Positions 41,806 through 55,400 of a DNA stretch of 64,000 nucleotides are shown here, one piece after another. A program made the position numbers and the translations under genes. Source of the DNA: Naegleria gruberi (lineage: Eukaryota); NCBI GenBank assembly GCA_000004985.1, contig GG738872.1; one strand, 5' to 3'. Below the pieces are notes generated by a model. That model saw only the letters and a list, made by a program, of their open reading frames with translations. It made no database searches and was not told the origin of the DNA. How positions within the stretch are numbered: the stretch's first letter is position 1; every line of letters begins with the position of its first letter.

Positions 41806-43225
41806 TCAAACAAACCAATAACTGATTGAAAAACTAATCGATAGAGATTGAACATAGTGCCAATATAGTTTGGGAATGAATAACATGTCGCCCTCGCACA
41901 AGGTGCAATCCCAATAATGTGTTGCTTTTGAAATCAATGGGAATTTCTCATTCAAGATCTTTCTTTCCTCTTCCTCAAATTGTAACAAGTGTAAATTATC
42001 AATTTCACTTGTGTTGGCTTGAAGTATTCCGGATTGTCTCTTATAGAGATGAGGTGTTTCGTCTGGGTGGTAAATTCTCACAAATTTGTGGCCAACCAGT
42101 TGAACTAGAATATTATCGCATGGATCTGTATGAAGTGGTGAGATGGTTCCTTTCGGTCCATACCAAGCATTGACTCCAGACATTTCACCCAACTCTCCCA
42201 ACATGCAATATATTGGTTCCTGAATATCTTTACGAAGTGAATGAATTTGTTCAAAGAGAGGATGCTGAGCAAGGTAGCCAATTTGAGTATTTCCCTCCAT
42301 GACGTACTCTTTCACATATTGGTGGAATGGCATGATTTTTTGAGACCAATCCTCAGAGGTATAGTATTGTCCAATTTCTACTGGAACGGCTCGGTAAGCT
42401 GCCTTTTCCAATAGATAATTAACATCACTCCATTTTCTGTAAGCTTCCCAATTTTTGGAGGCATTCTTGAGGAGGCATGGAGTATGTGTATTGAAATATT
42501 TCTTTTTGAAATCCATCAGAGAGATTGCATTGGCATCTTCAATTGGAATGGCATGTGAAGGATTTGAAACAAGAGAATTTCTCAAATCATTGCTGCAATG
42601 TTCTTGTGAAAGTTTTGGTTTTTTCAAATCATTTTCTGCATCCCTATCTGAAAGTGATGGAATTCCAAATTTCCTAACAATGATTGAATGAACACTATCT
42701 GCAACCTGATGTAAATATTCTCGGTAGGTATTATCTCCCATCATTAGTCCTTCATCACACTTCCGCAGAACTAACATCCACTCAGAAATTGTCCAGCAAT
42801 TAGTTGTGTGATAATTTTAATTTAATACATGAGTAGAGCAAGCACATGAGTCCGTGTAGGCTTCTCCATTCCTGACAAACATCTGACCAATGTCCTGTAT
42901 GTAGTTGTGTCCACGATATTTCCAACATTTCATCAATTTCCTTTTCCAATAATTGATAATTCAAGGCATTGATATTTTCCTTCTCTTTCACAGAATGATA
43001 ATCCGTCAAATGATGATACAAAATTTCCATTAGAGCATGAATACTTCTACAGTGGGGAATAATCTTTTGTTTAATTTCCGATATATTAAATAGCGAATAT
43101 TCCTCATCATCATATTCATCTTTCTTTACAAACTTTTCCAAGATTTGATCCACAACTAGAAAGACTCTCCCTTCTTCTTCATATTGCATTTTTTTTAATA
43201 GTCCAGATTCAGAGAACCAGTACAT
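41806..43225 (-). CDS. JMJD5: JmjC-domain protein, JMJD5/KDM8-like (2-oxoglutarate/Fe(II) oxygenase fold); reading frame disrupted near 42780-42810
   Basis: The N-terminal ORF (42800..43225) contains ..ISWTQLHTGHWSDVCQEWRSLHGLMCLLYS, which matches the JMJD5 N-terminal helical region. The downstream ORF from ATG 42777 contains RKCDEGLMMG and a full JmjC domain (YLAQHPLFEQI, NAWYGPKGTISPLHTDPCDNILVQLVGHKFVRIY, LFIPKLYWHYVQSL). The two frames are offset by 1 nt. The only intron-like candidate is a 58-nt element with a weak GTATTA donor. Confidence 0.7.
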
Positions 43226-43266
43226 TGATTAATTGCTACTATTAAAGTTTTATTCTCGATCCGTAT

Positions 43267-45474
43267 TTAAGGTTTTCTTGGATTCTTGTTGAGTTGTTTT
43301 TTAACTTTCTTTGGAGTCTTGTGTTGACGTTTTTCTCTATTTTGTTCCTTGACTAGTTTTTTACGTTCCTTCTTATCGAGTTGGCTGAGAGGATCTTGTT
43401 GTTCAGAACTTGGAGTTGTGCCTTCTTCAGAGTCTTCTCTTACAGGAATACTGGCAGTCAATTCTTGTAATTCTTCCTCAGTCAATCCATATGGAATGTT
43501 GGTTGAACCAGTTAAGTTTTCATTGATGCCTGTTACACTCTTGTAGAAAAATACGTCATCAGTATCAATAGTTTCTTGGTGATCGAGTGGATCAGTAATC
43601 TCAATAAGTGATCTAGGAATGTGAACCTTTTTGAAAACTTCAGCTTGAACTTTTTCTTCCTCATTGAGGGCAATTGGTCTAGATTGAATCTTTTCAAACA
43701 TTTTGCTTAAATAAATGTCTACAATGTCCTCGGTAATATTTACATCAGTTATAAAATCAAAAAGTTCCTTAGTAGTCAAAATTTCTTTAAAGGTCAAGCC
43801 ATTTCTAATAAAATAATTCTTGATATTTTCACAATCCTTTCTCAAAAATTCCAAACCATGTGGATGGTCGAGTTCGACACTCTGAGAAACATCAATATAG
43901 TACACATAGCCATTATAGTAGAGCATATTATATTCACTAAGGTCAGCATGAATGAGTTTGGCCTTGTGATACATGGTCCACATTGTCTTGATAATATCCA
44001 GATAGACATCCTTCAATTTGGAGGGTGCAATCTTGGCATCCTTGAGTCTTGGAGCACACCATCCGTTCTTACCAATAAATTCCATGATGAGAATGTGTTT
44101 TTTGAGGGCGATAACCTTTGGTACTCTAATACCAACATTTTCCAAACGTTTGAGATTTCTCAACTCTTTTTCAGCCCAGACTGAAACCATCTTTCTAGGA
44201 TTGGTCTTACAATAACCATGCTTGAATCTACGATCTCCCGACACATATCTGTCTCTATCTCTGAAGAGCAAGGCACTGGTTTTGTAAATCTTGATAGCAA
44301 GATCCGTATTGAGAGGTTTTGTGGCTGGTATATTTTCACCATTTTCACTTGACTGTTCTACTGGCAGTGATTCACCTGTTGATGACAATAATTGAGGATT
44401 AACATCCTCAGTGGAGGAAGCTGCTACTGTAGTTGTTGTGGATTTTGTAACAGAGTGAATAACATTGCCTTCGAATGCTTCGCCTGCAGTAGCATGATAC
44501 ACATTGGCCTCCTTACCAGTACTCACACAACCATTGATACTATCCAAAGTGCCATTATTTCTAAACTTGTAGAGCATCATTATGGTATGCTTGTCTAATA
44601 CATTTTCTGCTGTAGCTCTATCAGCCATCTTATCTCCTTCCTTAATTTTCTTTTCAATTCCTTTTCTTTCACTTGTTTGAATAGCAGTTCTAACATGAGA
44701 AGGTAAATTAACTCGGGTGACATATTCTTGCTTTGGAAGTCTGACAGAATTTTCTTTTGGCTTTTCTTCTTCCATAGAAGATGAAGCAGCAGAACCAGAT
44801 GATAATTCTCTGTGTGAAAAGCTTGTAAAGAATTTAGTCATTTCCTCATCTTCCAAGTAATCATCACCTTCTTCCTCACTGTTGTAATCATCATCTTCAT
44901 CAATCATGTATGAAACATCCTCTTCCAATTCAAAATCGTCAAACAAGTTATTACTAGTATTGCGTCTTGACTTTCTTCCTTCATCATGCACCAAAACAAC
45001 CTTCAATTGATTGATCCTATTACATCTCTGTTGAAGATCATATCCAGATCCACCTCCGATTTGAATACTACCATATGTATCGGTGACAACTCTCATTGGA
45101 TGATATTGTGTCATTTCCCTCTCAGCACAGACATTGGCATACATACGATCTTCTTCCTCTTGAAGTGCAAGAGCAAGTCGCATATCATCTTCTTCCTGTT
45201 GTGAAATTGCAGCAGCAAGAATATTAGAATTATTAATTTCCAAGGATGATGACATTGGTGAAGTATCCATCATATTGTCTCTTTCATTATTATCATAATA
45301 TTCATCAGCATCGTCAACATAATCAGGAGGAGCTGATGATTCTTCAATAAAACCTTCGGAAATTAAAACATCAGTCTCATATTGCATATTACTTTGAAAT
45401 TGTGCCAAAGAGAGAGTAATCTTGTTATTCTTCTTGCCATTAGCATTACCACTAGTAGTCTTCTTCTTACCCAT
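43267..45474 (-). CDS. RIOK1: RIO-type serine/threonine protein kinase, RIOK1 ortholog
   Basis: DRATAENVLDKHTIMMLYKF..INGCVSTGKEANVYHA (RIO ATP-binding loop). LIHADLSEYNMLY (RIO catalytic loop). IDVSQSVELDHPHGLEFLRKDC. C-terminal basic tail KKERKKLVKEQNREKRQHK. The kinase N-lobe carries a low-complexity insert of about 70 aa. The ORF starts at a non-ATG codon at 45480; the first ATG (MGKKKT) is at 45474. Confidence 0.85.
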   Translation of the reverse strand: MGKKKTTSGNANGKKNNKITLSLAQFQSNMQYETDVLISEGFIEESSAPPDYVDDADEYYDNNERDNMMDTSPMSSSLEINNSNILAAAISQQEEDDMRLALALQEEEDRMYANVCAEREMTQYHPMRVVTDTYGSIQIGGGSGYDLQQRCNRINQLKVVLVHDEGRKSRRNTSNNLFDDFELEEDVSYMIDEDDDYNSEEEGDDYLEDEEMTKFFTSFSHRELSSGSAASSSMEEEKPKENSVRLPKQEYVTRVNLPSHVRTAIQTSERKGIEKKIKEGDKMADRATAENVLDKHTIMMLYKFRNNGTLDSINGCVSTGKEANVYHATAGEAFEGNVIHSVTKSTTTTVAASSTEDVNPQLLSSTGESLPVEQSSENGENIPATKPLNTDLAIKIYKTSALLFRDRDRYVSGDRRFKHGYCKTNPRKMVSVWAEKELRNLKRLENVGIRVPKVIALKKHILIMEFIGKNGWCAPRLKDAKIAPSKLKDVYLDIIKTMWTMYHKAKLIHADLSEYNMLYYNGYVYYIDVSQSVELDHPHGLEFLRKDCENIKNYFIRNGLTFKEILTTKELFDFITDVNITEDIVDIYLSKMFEKIQSRPIALNEEEKVQAEVFKKVHIPRSLIEITDPLDHQETIDTDDVFFYKSVTGINENLTGSTNIPYGLTEEELQELTASIPVREDSEEGTTPSSEQQDPLSQLDKKERKKLVKEQNREKRQHKTPKKVKKQLNKNPRKP

Positions 45475-46499
45475 TTTCAATAATTAAATTATTGCTATAT
45501 TACTAAATACTACAAAAACAATCTATGGATATGTTCCTCTTTTCAACTACCACTCAACTTCAATAGAACAACAATGGTTCTTTGATTCTTTTTTTGTTAT
45601 TACATACAATAAGAGTTCTCCTTGGAATTGAAGTAGGTTTTTTCACTTCCCGATACTGTGTATCTTGCTTTTGGTCAAGATTGAACTTGATTTTTATTTT
45701 TATTTTTAAAATTAAATTGTAGGATAAGCTGTAGAAAGTTAGTGAAGGAAATTTGAGATGGAGGAATGCTGTTTGGAAGGCTTGTTGAATATCTTGGCCA
45801 ACTTTTGAATTAAAAGTACAAGATGAATGTTATTGTTAGATTACATTATAGAGATGTATTTATTCATGTCTTGATGAAGAATGATAAAGTAGACGATGAA
45901 TAATTAATGTTAGGAAACATGTAGAAATTCAACTTTTCAAACTCTGGACAAAAGTTGAAAAACATGCAAGAACATCCTGTCTGATGTGGTACAATAGTAA
46001 ATCTTTGCCTTCCTCTTGAAATTGAACAAGTTTTCAAGTGTTTTTCGCTGTTGAAAATTAACCTTTCTTCTCCAATCCTTGATGGAAAGTTTTGACTTTA
46101 TGGAGTGATAATAGTGAACATTTAGAGCATGTTGATGATGTTTTTGTTGATGAAAATATTAAAATTAATAAATTGATTACCTTTTAAAATTTGTATTTCA
46201 TTGTAAAATCCAATAAAAAAATCCATATACACTCTATATGATCCAATCATGTTGTGTTGAAAATAGTTTTTCCATTCATGAAGAATTGACTTTGAAAATC
46301 ATCAATGATGTAAATTGTTAAGTGACGAAATTTTTTCTCAATATTTTTCCATTAAAAAAATAGACTAGGAATCATCATCCTATCATTATCTTCATAGTAA
46401 TTTTTGTTGGAGGACTATCATGAAATTGGAAATTATTTTTCATCAATAATTTTCCATATCAATTATTAATAACACATGTAAATTTAAACTACAAGTTTA

Positions 46500-49400
46500 T
46501 TAAATAGACAACAATTCCTTCTCATTAAGATTCTTTTGAACATGATTCTTATTTCTACTTCTCTCCTTCAACAAGTAAATTACAGCAATAACAACAGCAA
46601 CCAAAGCAAATACTGGAATGGCCAATAAAATCAATGCAACCAAATTCATATCAGGTTTTGGAGCAATGATAATATTTGATTTGGATGATTCTTTAGGGAT
46701 TGGAGTTACTATTGTTGAAGTTTCTGTTTGAGAAACAAGTTTAACAATGAATGAGCCTGTTGTTCTTGTTTGGATTGTGATTGACTTATCAGATTCTGAT
46801 AGAATTGTGCATTGAGTTGATTGAATATAAGTTCCATTTTGTAATTCGAAACATTTAGCTACTAAACCATGTAAATTTCTGGCAGATGGCAATTTTCCAA
46901 TAGAAATGGATGCAATGGTGTAATTATTGTTGAAACTCATTTGTTGATCATTGTTGAAAATGGAGAATTCAACACTCTTACTGACAGCTGATTTCATTGT
47001 TGTGGATTGAGTCTTGTAATACAACTTGACACTTTCAACTTGATCAAATTCTGGCATGGAAGTGAAATCTTTGGTGAGGTTAAAGCTAGTTGTGGAATCA
47101 ACATTTTCATTCAATCCTTCCAAAGTTGTAATACTGACAAGTCTTGCGTAAACATTCATATTACTTGTGGTGGTCTTAACAGCTGGCATATCAGCAACCA
47201 AATTCTTAATTTGAACATTGACAAGATCACTGAAAATTTGTTCAATTCTTGACATGTCATCCAATGTGAATGTTCTTCTCATTGTTCCAGAAATGTGGCT
47301 TGAGAAGGCATTAGCAGAATTTTGAGAATTTGCAATATCTTGATCATTCATCTTGATTGAGCTAGAAGTTGATGCAGTGGATGTGGTTTCTGAGAATTTA
47401 GAGACAGAGAATGAAACTGTTGAATCTGCCAAATTATTGACACAACCACCAATGGATGAAAGGACAGAAACCTTTGAGGCAACTGAATCAGATGTTTCAG
47501 CAACAACTGAACCTTGTTCATCAGCTTGTTTAAAATACTTATCAACAAAGGCAGTACCAGCAGCTTTCAATGCTTCCTTTTCTTCTGGAGTTGCTGCAGA
47601 GACGGATCCTACAACTGACAGAGCAGATGAAATTGAAGAGACAGTTACTGAACCTTGTTGAGATACAGTAAGTGCAGCAAGGGCTTCTTGTGGTGATGGT
47701 ACGGTGGTAACAATTTGAGTTGTTGTTTCAGAAGATGCACCATTAGCATCATAAACGACAACTTTAATATCCAAAGTTCCTGCTGGAAGTGATGTAGCAA
47801 TTGACTTCTTTTCAGATTTGGAAGATAAAATGCTCCATGTGCTGTCAGTGGTCAACTTGTACAAGAATTCATATGAGAGTGGAACTTGTGGATCGTACCA
47901 ACCGTTACCACACTTAATTTGGAACTCATCTTTCAAAGCAACACCTGTGGTTGGATTGACTTCAAGAATACCAACAGTTGGTGGTGCATTGACTGTGAAA
48001 GTAATATCAGCACTTCCAGATCTATCACCATCAACAATATTCAATGAAACCTTGTTAACTGCTCCAGGAACCAAAAGTGTCTTTGGAATTTGAATATATT
48101 TGAGATTTGTTGTTACAGAGCTGAGATCCAAATCTGAGGAAGACCAAGCGTAGATTCTGGCAGATGAGAGGGAATCTTGATTGGATGCTTGTAATATAAA
48201 GTCAGAGGATGGGTCAACAACTGAGGTGTCGCAACCAGTTGGTGGTACAATAGAAGCTCTAATAATCTTTGATTTTGGTTGTTCAGTGACAGTAATCTTG
48301 ACAGTTGCAGAGGAAGTTCTTGTCAATCCCTTAGAGAATATGGTAGTGAATGAATAGACACCAGCTTCCATTGATCTACTGAATTTGAATTGATCAGCAT
48401 CATCAATAATGGGATCAAAGCAAGGAACAGCTGTAAGCAAATTGACACATGACAAGGAAATTGATCCTGAGGTTTCTGATGGATTACTTGGATCTTGCTT
48501 TTCAACATTGAATGTCACAGGAGTTTCAAAGGATTGAGACATATCTCTAACACTGAATGAAACAATTAATGGCAATGCCTTGGCAGTTACCTTAAACGGA
48601 ACATTGACAGTGGCAGCTCCGCTTTGAGAAACTGTCAAAACAAAGTAATAATCACCTTCAACTGAAATCTTTGTAAAATCATTGCTGAAAACCAACAATT
48701 CCTTATTCTTTTTAACAGTCACGGTTGTGTCCACAGATTTGGCTCTGTCTAAAGAATATTCATAGGACAATGGGCCAGACCCTCCATAACAAGATGGGAA
48801 GGAAACTGTTGGTGAAATAATTGAAGTCTTTCCAATAATCATTGTACTTTCCAAACCTTCCTTAATAGAAACTGTTGGAGATGTCAAATCAGAAATTTGG
48901 AATGAAACAGAAGCTGTTGAATGTTGTTGAGAGAAAGAGCTAGTGACAGTGACTTGAACAGTATAAGAACCAATTCCCAAAGTTTGTCCACTAACCTTAA
49001 TACCAGATCCTGATTGACCAGCAAGTAAAACTTCAAGAGCATCGGCATCGTCAGTTGTTGGAGCGAGAATGGTTGACCAAGTGAAAATTAAACTTCTTCT
49101 ATCCAAAGAAACTGATCCAGAAGCATCCAAGTAAATAGAACCACATGCCTTGGAAACACTGGCCTTGTCAGCTGTCAAAGAAGCAGTTGGAGAAAGAGGA
49201 AGATAATCCTTATTCTTAATACTAACTTGAGTAGTTTCTTGACTTCCAAAGTAATTCTTGAATTGTAAAGTTCCACCAATTGAAATACTTGCAGATGGAC
49301 CTAAAGTAATTTCCATAGAACTCTTTTCAGAATTCAAAAGACATTTGGCACCAACTCCAAGAATTTCATGATTGACAATAAGATCAGAACACATGAATTT

Positions 49401-52400
49401 CTTCTTTAAGGAAGAATAAACAACTCCGTAAATGGAATCACCCAAAGTTGAAAATCCGAAAGAAGTCGAATCTACACTAAAGTCACACTTCTCACCAAAC
49501 CAACCACTTTCACAGCTTTCACATTGAGCACCAGAAGTATGAGCTTGACAAGCACAACTTCCATCCATATTACAACTTCCTCTATTATTACAATTCTTTG
49601 AAGGGGAACATTCGAATTGACAATCTGTACCAACAAATCCAGATTTACACTTGTTACAGAATTCTCCTGCCCAATTACCAGTACAACCACATTTAAATGA
49701 GTTATCACATTTACCATGTCCACTACAAGTCAACTCGTCTGAACAGATTTTTTCAGAACAATCTGAACCAGTAAAGGAAGGAGTGCATTCTGAACAGAAT
49801 TTAGAAGCATCAAATGTGGAACTGGAACAGACACAGGCATTGTGTGAGATACATTTACCTCTACCACCACAGACAAGTGCTGAGGTTCTGTCAATATCAT
49901 TACATTTAAAGTTTTGACATGATGTACCATCAAAACCAGTATTACATTTACAGACAGGAGAGTTGTTTTCGAGTACACATTTACCTTTTCCACTGCAGAC
50001 AGATCCGTCAGTTGCCTTAACACCATTACAAATTGGAATGTCACAGTTTGGACCTGTCATTCCTGTTTTACAAGAGCCACAAGAAGAGCCAGCAAAGTTT
50101 CCAGAGCAAGTACATGTATGAGAATCAGAACAAGAACCACGGAATGAACAACCACCTTCAGATTCCAACTTGCCGTTACAAGTTGACAATTGGCATTCTG
50201 GACCAGTAAATCCATTATTACATTTGCAAGTATTGACACCAACACATTGACCTCTTCCTGAACAAACTAGAGAATGAGAACTATCCTTATCATAACAAAT
50301 TGGTAATTCACATTTTGATCCTGTATAACCCTTTGAACAATCACAATTATCTTGTGATGAACATTTACCCTTTCCTGAACAAACTGATGAGGCAGTATAA
50401 GAAACACCATGACATGTGGTGTCTGATGGAAGGAAGGAGCCAAAGAAACAATTTGTAGTTGTGAAGCTATCACAAAGACCAGTAAATGAATCTGGAATAC
50501 TGGTCAACTCAGTCTTGACAACTTGTTCACAAACGCTCTTACAAACTTGAGTAGAGGTGGCGATTGAGTCACGTTTGGAGCATGATTGGAATTTCATGTA
50601 ACAAACAAATTTGGTCAATGTAGCAATACATTTTTCATCACAAGTTTTTCCTTCCTGTGAATACAAGTTAATGTAATTGTCAAATTGTTCCTTTGCCAAA
50701 GCATCAATTCTAGAAGCAGCTCTAGCAATCAATAATCTAGCATGAGATGCATTTAGAGCTCCACTGTTATAAACAGAATTCAAAACAGTGTAATCAATAC
50801 TAGATTTACAGAATGACAATGCAGTTGATGGAAGAGTGATACAATCAACAGAAGGTGTGTAAATGTCACAATTTTCACCAGAGTATTCACTTGGACAAAC
50901 TTTCTTACAAACACTATTTGAGGAAATGAAATCAGCAGCACATGATGAACATGGGACTTCGCCAAGTTTGGAAATGTATCCCTTATTACATTTACAAACA
51001 GCTTCGGTTGAAACGGCAATGTTAACAAATTGACAAACACCATTACCACATGGTGAAGAACAAGTTGGTACGGCTTCAATACATCTACCTTGTTTGTTTT
51101 CAAAGCCAACTGCACAGCTACATAATTTACCATTTTGAGTAAAACCACTTTCAGAATTACAGACACATTGACCAGTTGTTGCATTAGTCTTGAAACCCTT
51201 CAATCCATCACAAGTACATCCACTTGATCCATCATAAGCATAACCACTTGAAACATCACAGACACACTTGGAACCAGATTGAATAGTCTTGGCAGGACAT
51301 GAACTACATGGTTTGTTTTGATCAATTGTGACAAATCCATTCTTACATTTACAAACAGAGACAGTTGAACTAGCTGTTTCAAATTCACAATTTCCATTCA
51401 AACCACATTCAACATTACATTTTGGTGTGGTATTTCTAACACATTTACCTTGTTCATTCATTGTAAAATCGAGTTCAGAATTACAAACACAAACTCCATC
51501 TGAGAGAATCAATCCAAGAGTGGAATCACAATCAGAACATGGATTTGTCGAATCAGAAGAAACCCATTGGGCTTCACAAATACACTGAGTGAAAGTTGTC
51601 TTGTCGTCACGATATGCACAAACTCCGTGAGATCCACAATTGAATTCACAAACTGCTGGTTTTCTAATACATTGATTACCAGAAGATTGATAATTAGCAG
51701 CAACATTACAGGTACATTCACCATTAGAGAGAACATGACCTGAAGAAGTATTACAAATACATAATGAGTTGACTAAATCAAATCCAGTCTTACAAACTGA
51801 ACATCTGTCACCTTCAAAGTTGTCCTTACAGGTACATGATGCAATACCAGTTGAGTTTTCACAAATTCCATGAACACCACATTGGAGAGTACATGGATTT
51901 GGTGATTTTTCTTGACAAAGATCTCCGAAATAGCCTTCTAAACATTGACATTTGGCAATTCCAGTAACATTGACACAAGATCCACTATTCTTACAATTTA
52001 GAGTACATAGATTTGGTTTTTGAACAATATTTTGACATAATTCACCATTGAAACCAGATGGACAAACACACTTATCATTTTCACAAACACCACCATTCAA
52101 ACAATCAAGTTTACAACCTTGATTAACTGGAACACTACACAAAGGACCAGTATATCCTGAATTACAAATACACTTCTCTTCACCGGTCTTTGTATTGTTA
52201 TAGCAAGTACCATTCACACAACCCAATGAGCAAATAATCTCATTAACACATTGATTTCTGTACAAATCACAGAACTTTGCAGAGCCAGTTGTACAATGAG
52301 CATCACTTTCACAATCTAGTTTACAAATAGCATTTCTACAAGTAGTATAAGGAGTATGTGAAGAACATTCATCATTGGTTGTACAAGAGATGTCAATACA

Positions 52401-55400
52401 TCTTTCCTTATCTAATTGACAAACCTTATTAGCTGCTTGACATGGACGAGTTGAATTACATTCACTTTGACAAGTATTTACAAAGTCACTTGTGTAATCA
52501 GAGACACAGATACCCTTACTACATTGATAATCACCACTACATTCAGTTTGGACACAAACTTTGGACCAACATTGTTTGAATCCCTTCAAGTAACAATCAG
52601 AGTTGACTAAACATGGTTGATTGGTACATCTACCACCTCCATTGCTAACATCACAATATGGCTTATTAGAAGGACACTCAGAATCATACATGCATTCACG
52701 AGTACAGAGTCCCGATTTACATGTTGGTAAAACTGCATAACTGCAACCAGCATTTGATGTACATTTGATTGGGAATTGCACACAAGTCTTTTTAGTTCCA
52801 CTGTAAATGTTAAAATCACAAACATCAGTCAAAACACCATTTTTAACAACACCAATACAATCACGATCAGTATCACATTCAGGAACACATTTAGAATTCT
52901 TACAAGCAGTGTATCCATTTTCAGTACATTCACTTCTTAATTTACAAGATTTTGGTTCACAAGCATTGGATGTAACATTACACACTGGTTTACCAGCAAC
53001 TGAGCTACAATCAGAATCTTTCAAACATTGTGGAACACATCTTTGATAAGTAGCTTGGCCGCTCACTAAATTACATTTAGTTTTACCAAATTTAGAAGCA
53101 CATTGAGAATCACCTAAACATTCAAAGGTACAAACTCCTTGAGAACCACAGAATGAATAACCATTTTCAGAACAATCACCATCAATAGAACATGGTTTAG
53201 GAACACATTTTCCAATATCAACATCACATTTCTTTTTAGAAACAACTCCAACACAATCAGCATCTTTCACACACTCAGGAACACACAATCCCAAAGTAGC
53301 ATCTTGCTTAGTTGAACAGATAGGTCTATTAGTATATTTGGCAGCACAATAAGAATTATATGAACACTCAACGTCACAATATTTTCTGCCTCCCATATTA
53401 GATCCACAAAAAGGGTATCCTTTAATTGTACAATTGGCACTATCAGTACAAAAACGGACAGTACATGTGGCAATTGATGCATCACATGAAGAGGTAATTC
53501 CCTCACAATCGGCATCTTTCTTACAACCTTCAACACATCTATTAAGGGTCATGTCATCCTTCTTGGAACAAGTGTTCAATAATGGATTTGCACTCGATAA
53601 TTGACAGTCATTGTTGGAGCTACATTCATCTTTACAATACTTGTAATATGGATCACACTTGCTATATCCCTTATATGGACAATCAGTGTCATTGGAACAA
53701 ATCTTCTTCTCGCAAACTCCAGTAGGACCACAAACTTTTCTAAAATCTTTAGTACAATCACTGTCAGAGGTACATTCTGGTCTACAATAACAATCTCCAT
53801 TCGTACAGAGACATTCAGTATTTGTGGCATAACGACCGCACGGAGAAATTGCGGGATAACAAGGGACTTTAGAACATTTACCTCCGGAACCATTAGTTAT
53901 ACAAGATGGTCTTCCATAATAACCATTACAATCTGCATCATTGCTACATTCAGCATTACATTTTCTATATTTGGAAGTTTCATTCTTATTGGAACCACAA
54001 ACTGGGAAGTATTGATTCTTACAATCAGAGTTGGAAACACATTCATAACCACAAGTTCCATTTGAAGAACAAATTTGGAAACCCTTAGAAACACAATCAC
54101 TAGTTGTGGTACAATTGACTGCTTGACACAAACCACTTGTCAAATCACAAACTGGTTTGAGTTCATCCAAGCAATCAGAACCACTCTTACATCTCAAAAT
54201 ACAATTCATTCCATCCCATGCATAATCAGGAGCACAAACTGAACAAGTCAATCTGTCACTAGCACAAACTTCACAATTGTTTTTACCACTTTCACATGAT
54301 TCAACACATTTGTGATATTCCTTAGTATTTGAAGAGGACATTCCACAACGACTGTAACCAAAGAGCTTACAATCATCATGAACCATACAATCAACATCAC
54401 AAGTTCCATTTGAATTACAATTTGGATAACCATATGGAGCACAATCAGAAGCAGTATAACAGCTGACACCAACACATCTGAAAACACTAGTGTCACATCT
54501 TGGTTTACCACGAGATAAAATACATCCATCATTATCTAAACATTCCTTATTGTAACAACGTTGATAAGTTTGAGGATCTTTAGAGTTAGTTCCACAACTA
54601 GTTTTACCAAATTTGGTACAATCGCTGTCTACTGAACATTCAATAGAACATCTCTTATACTTGGTTGGATCACTCTTATCATTATTACAGTAAGGGAGAT
54701 TGGCTGGACAATCAGCGTTAGTCAAACATTCGAATGCACAATTTCCATCAAGTCCACATTTAAAGAAACCTTGAGCTTGACAAGATTCATTCGAAGTACA
54801 ACTAGTTCCAATACAATATCCATTAACCAAATCACAATTTGGCATGGTTTCAGTACAATTCAAATTACTGGTACATTTTTTCTTTTCGCATCTAGCTCCA
54901 AAATAGGAATCTGTGCAATTACAAACTTCTCCATTTAAGGTATACAAACATTCGCCACCATTGACACAGGTCAAGGTTGAACATTTCTTCAAATTTTCAC
55001 AGTTAGTTCCTTCATATAACTTGGTACAGTTACAAGCATCTTGTGAAATACATGATCCTCTTCCAGAACAAACATTTCCATTATTGGAAGGTGTTCCATG
55101 ACATTTTGGAATACATTTTTCATAACTGATACAAGAACCTCCATTACAAACAGCTGGATCAGTAGAATTTAATCCACCACAAGTTGGAATTTGGCATTCT
55201 TCTCCAACATATCCAGTTGTACAATTACACAAATTAGGAGAAACACATTTACCATTCAAGGAACAAGCTGAGTTGCCAGTCTTTCCAAAACAGATTGGAA
55301 TAGAACAGTTACTACCAATGTAACCTTCATTACACGTACAAACGTTTCTCTTGTTACAAGCACCATTACCTGAACAAACATTTGAACTAGTACTGTTAAT

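Noticed and set aside
42800-42860. 58-nt intron model (GTATTA..ttAG) joining the two JMJD5 ORFs
   Set aside because: The donor does not match the GTAAGT consensus used by every confident intron here. A 1-nt indel gives better alignment to JMJD5 orthologues. It is kept only as an alternative.
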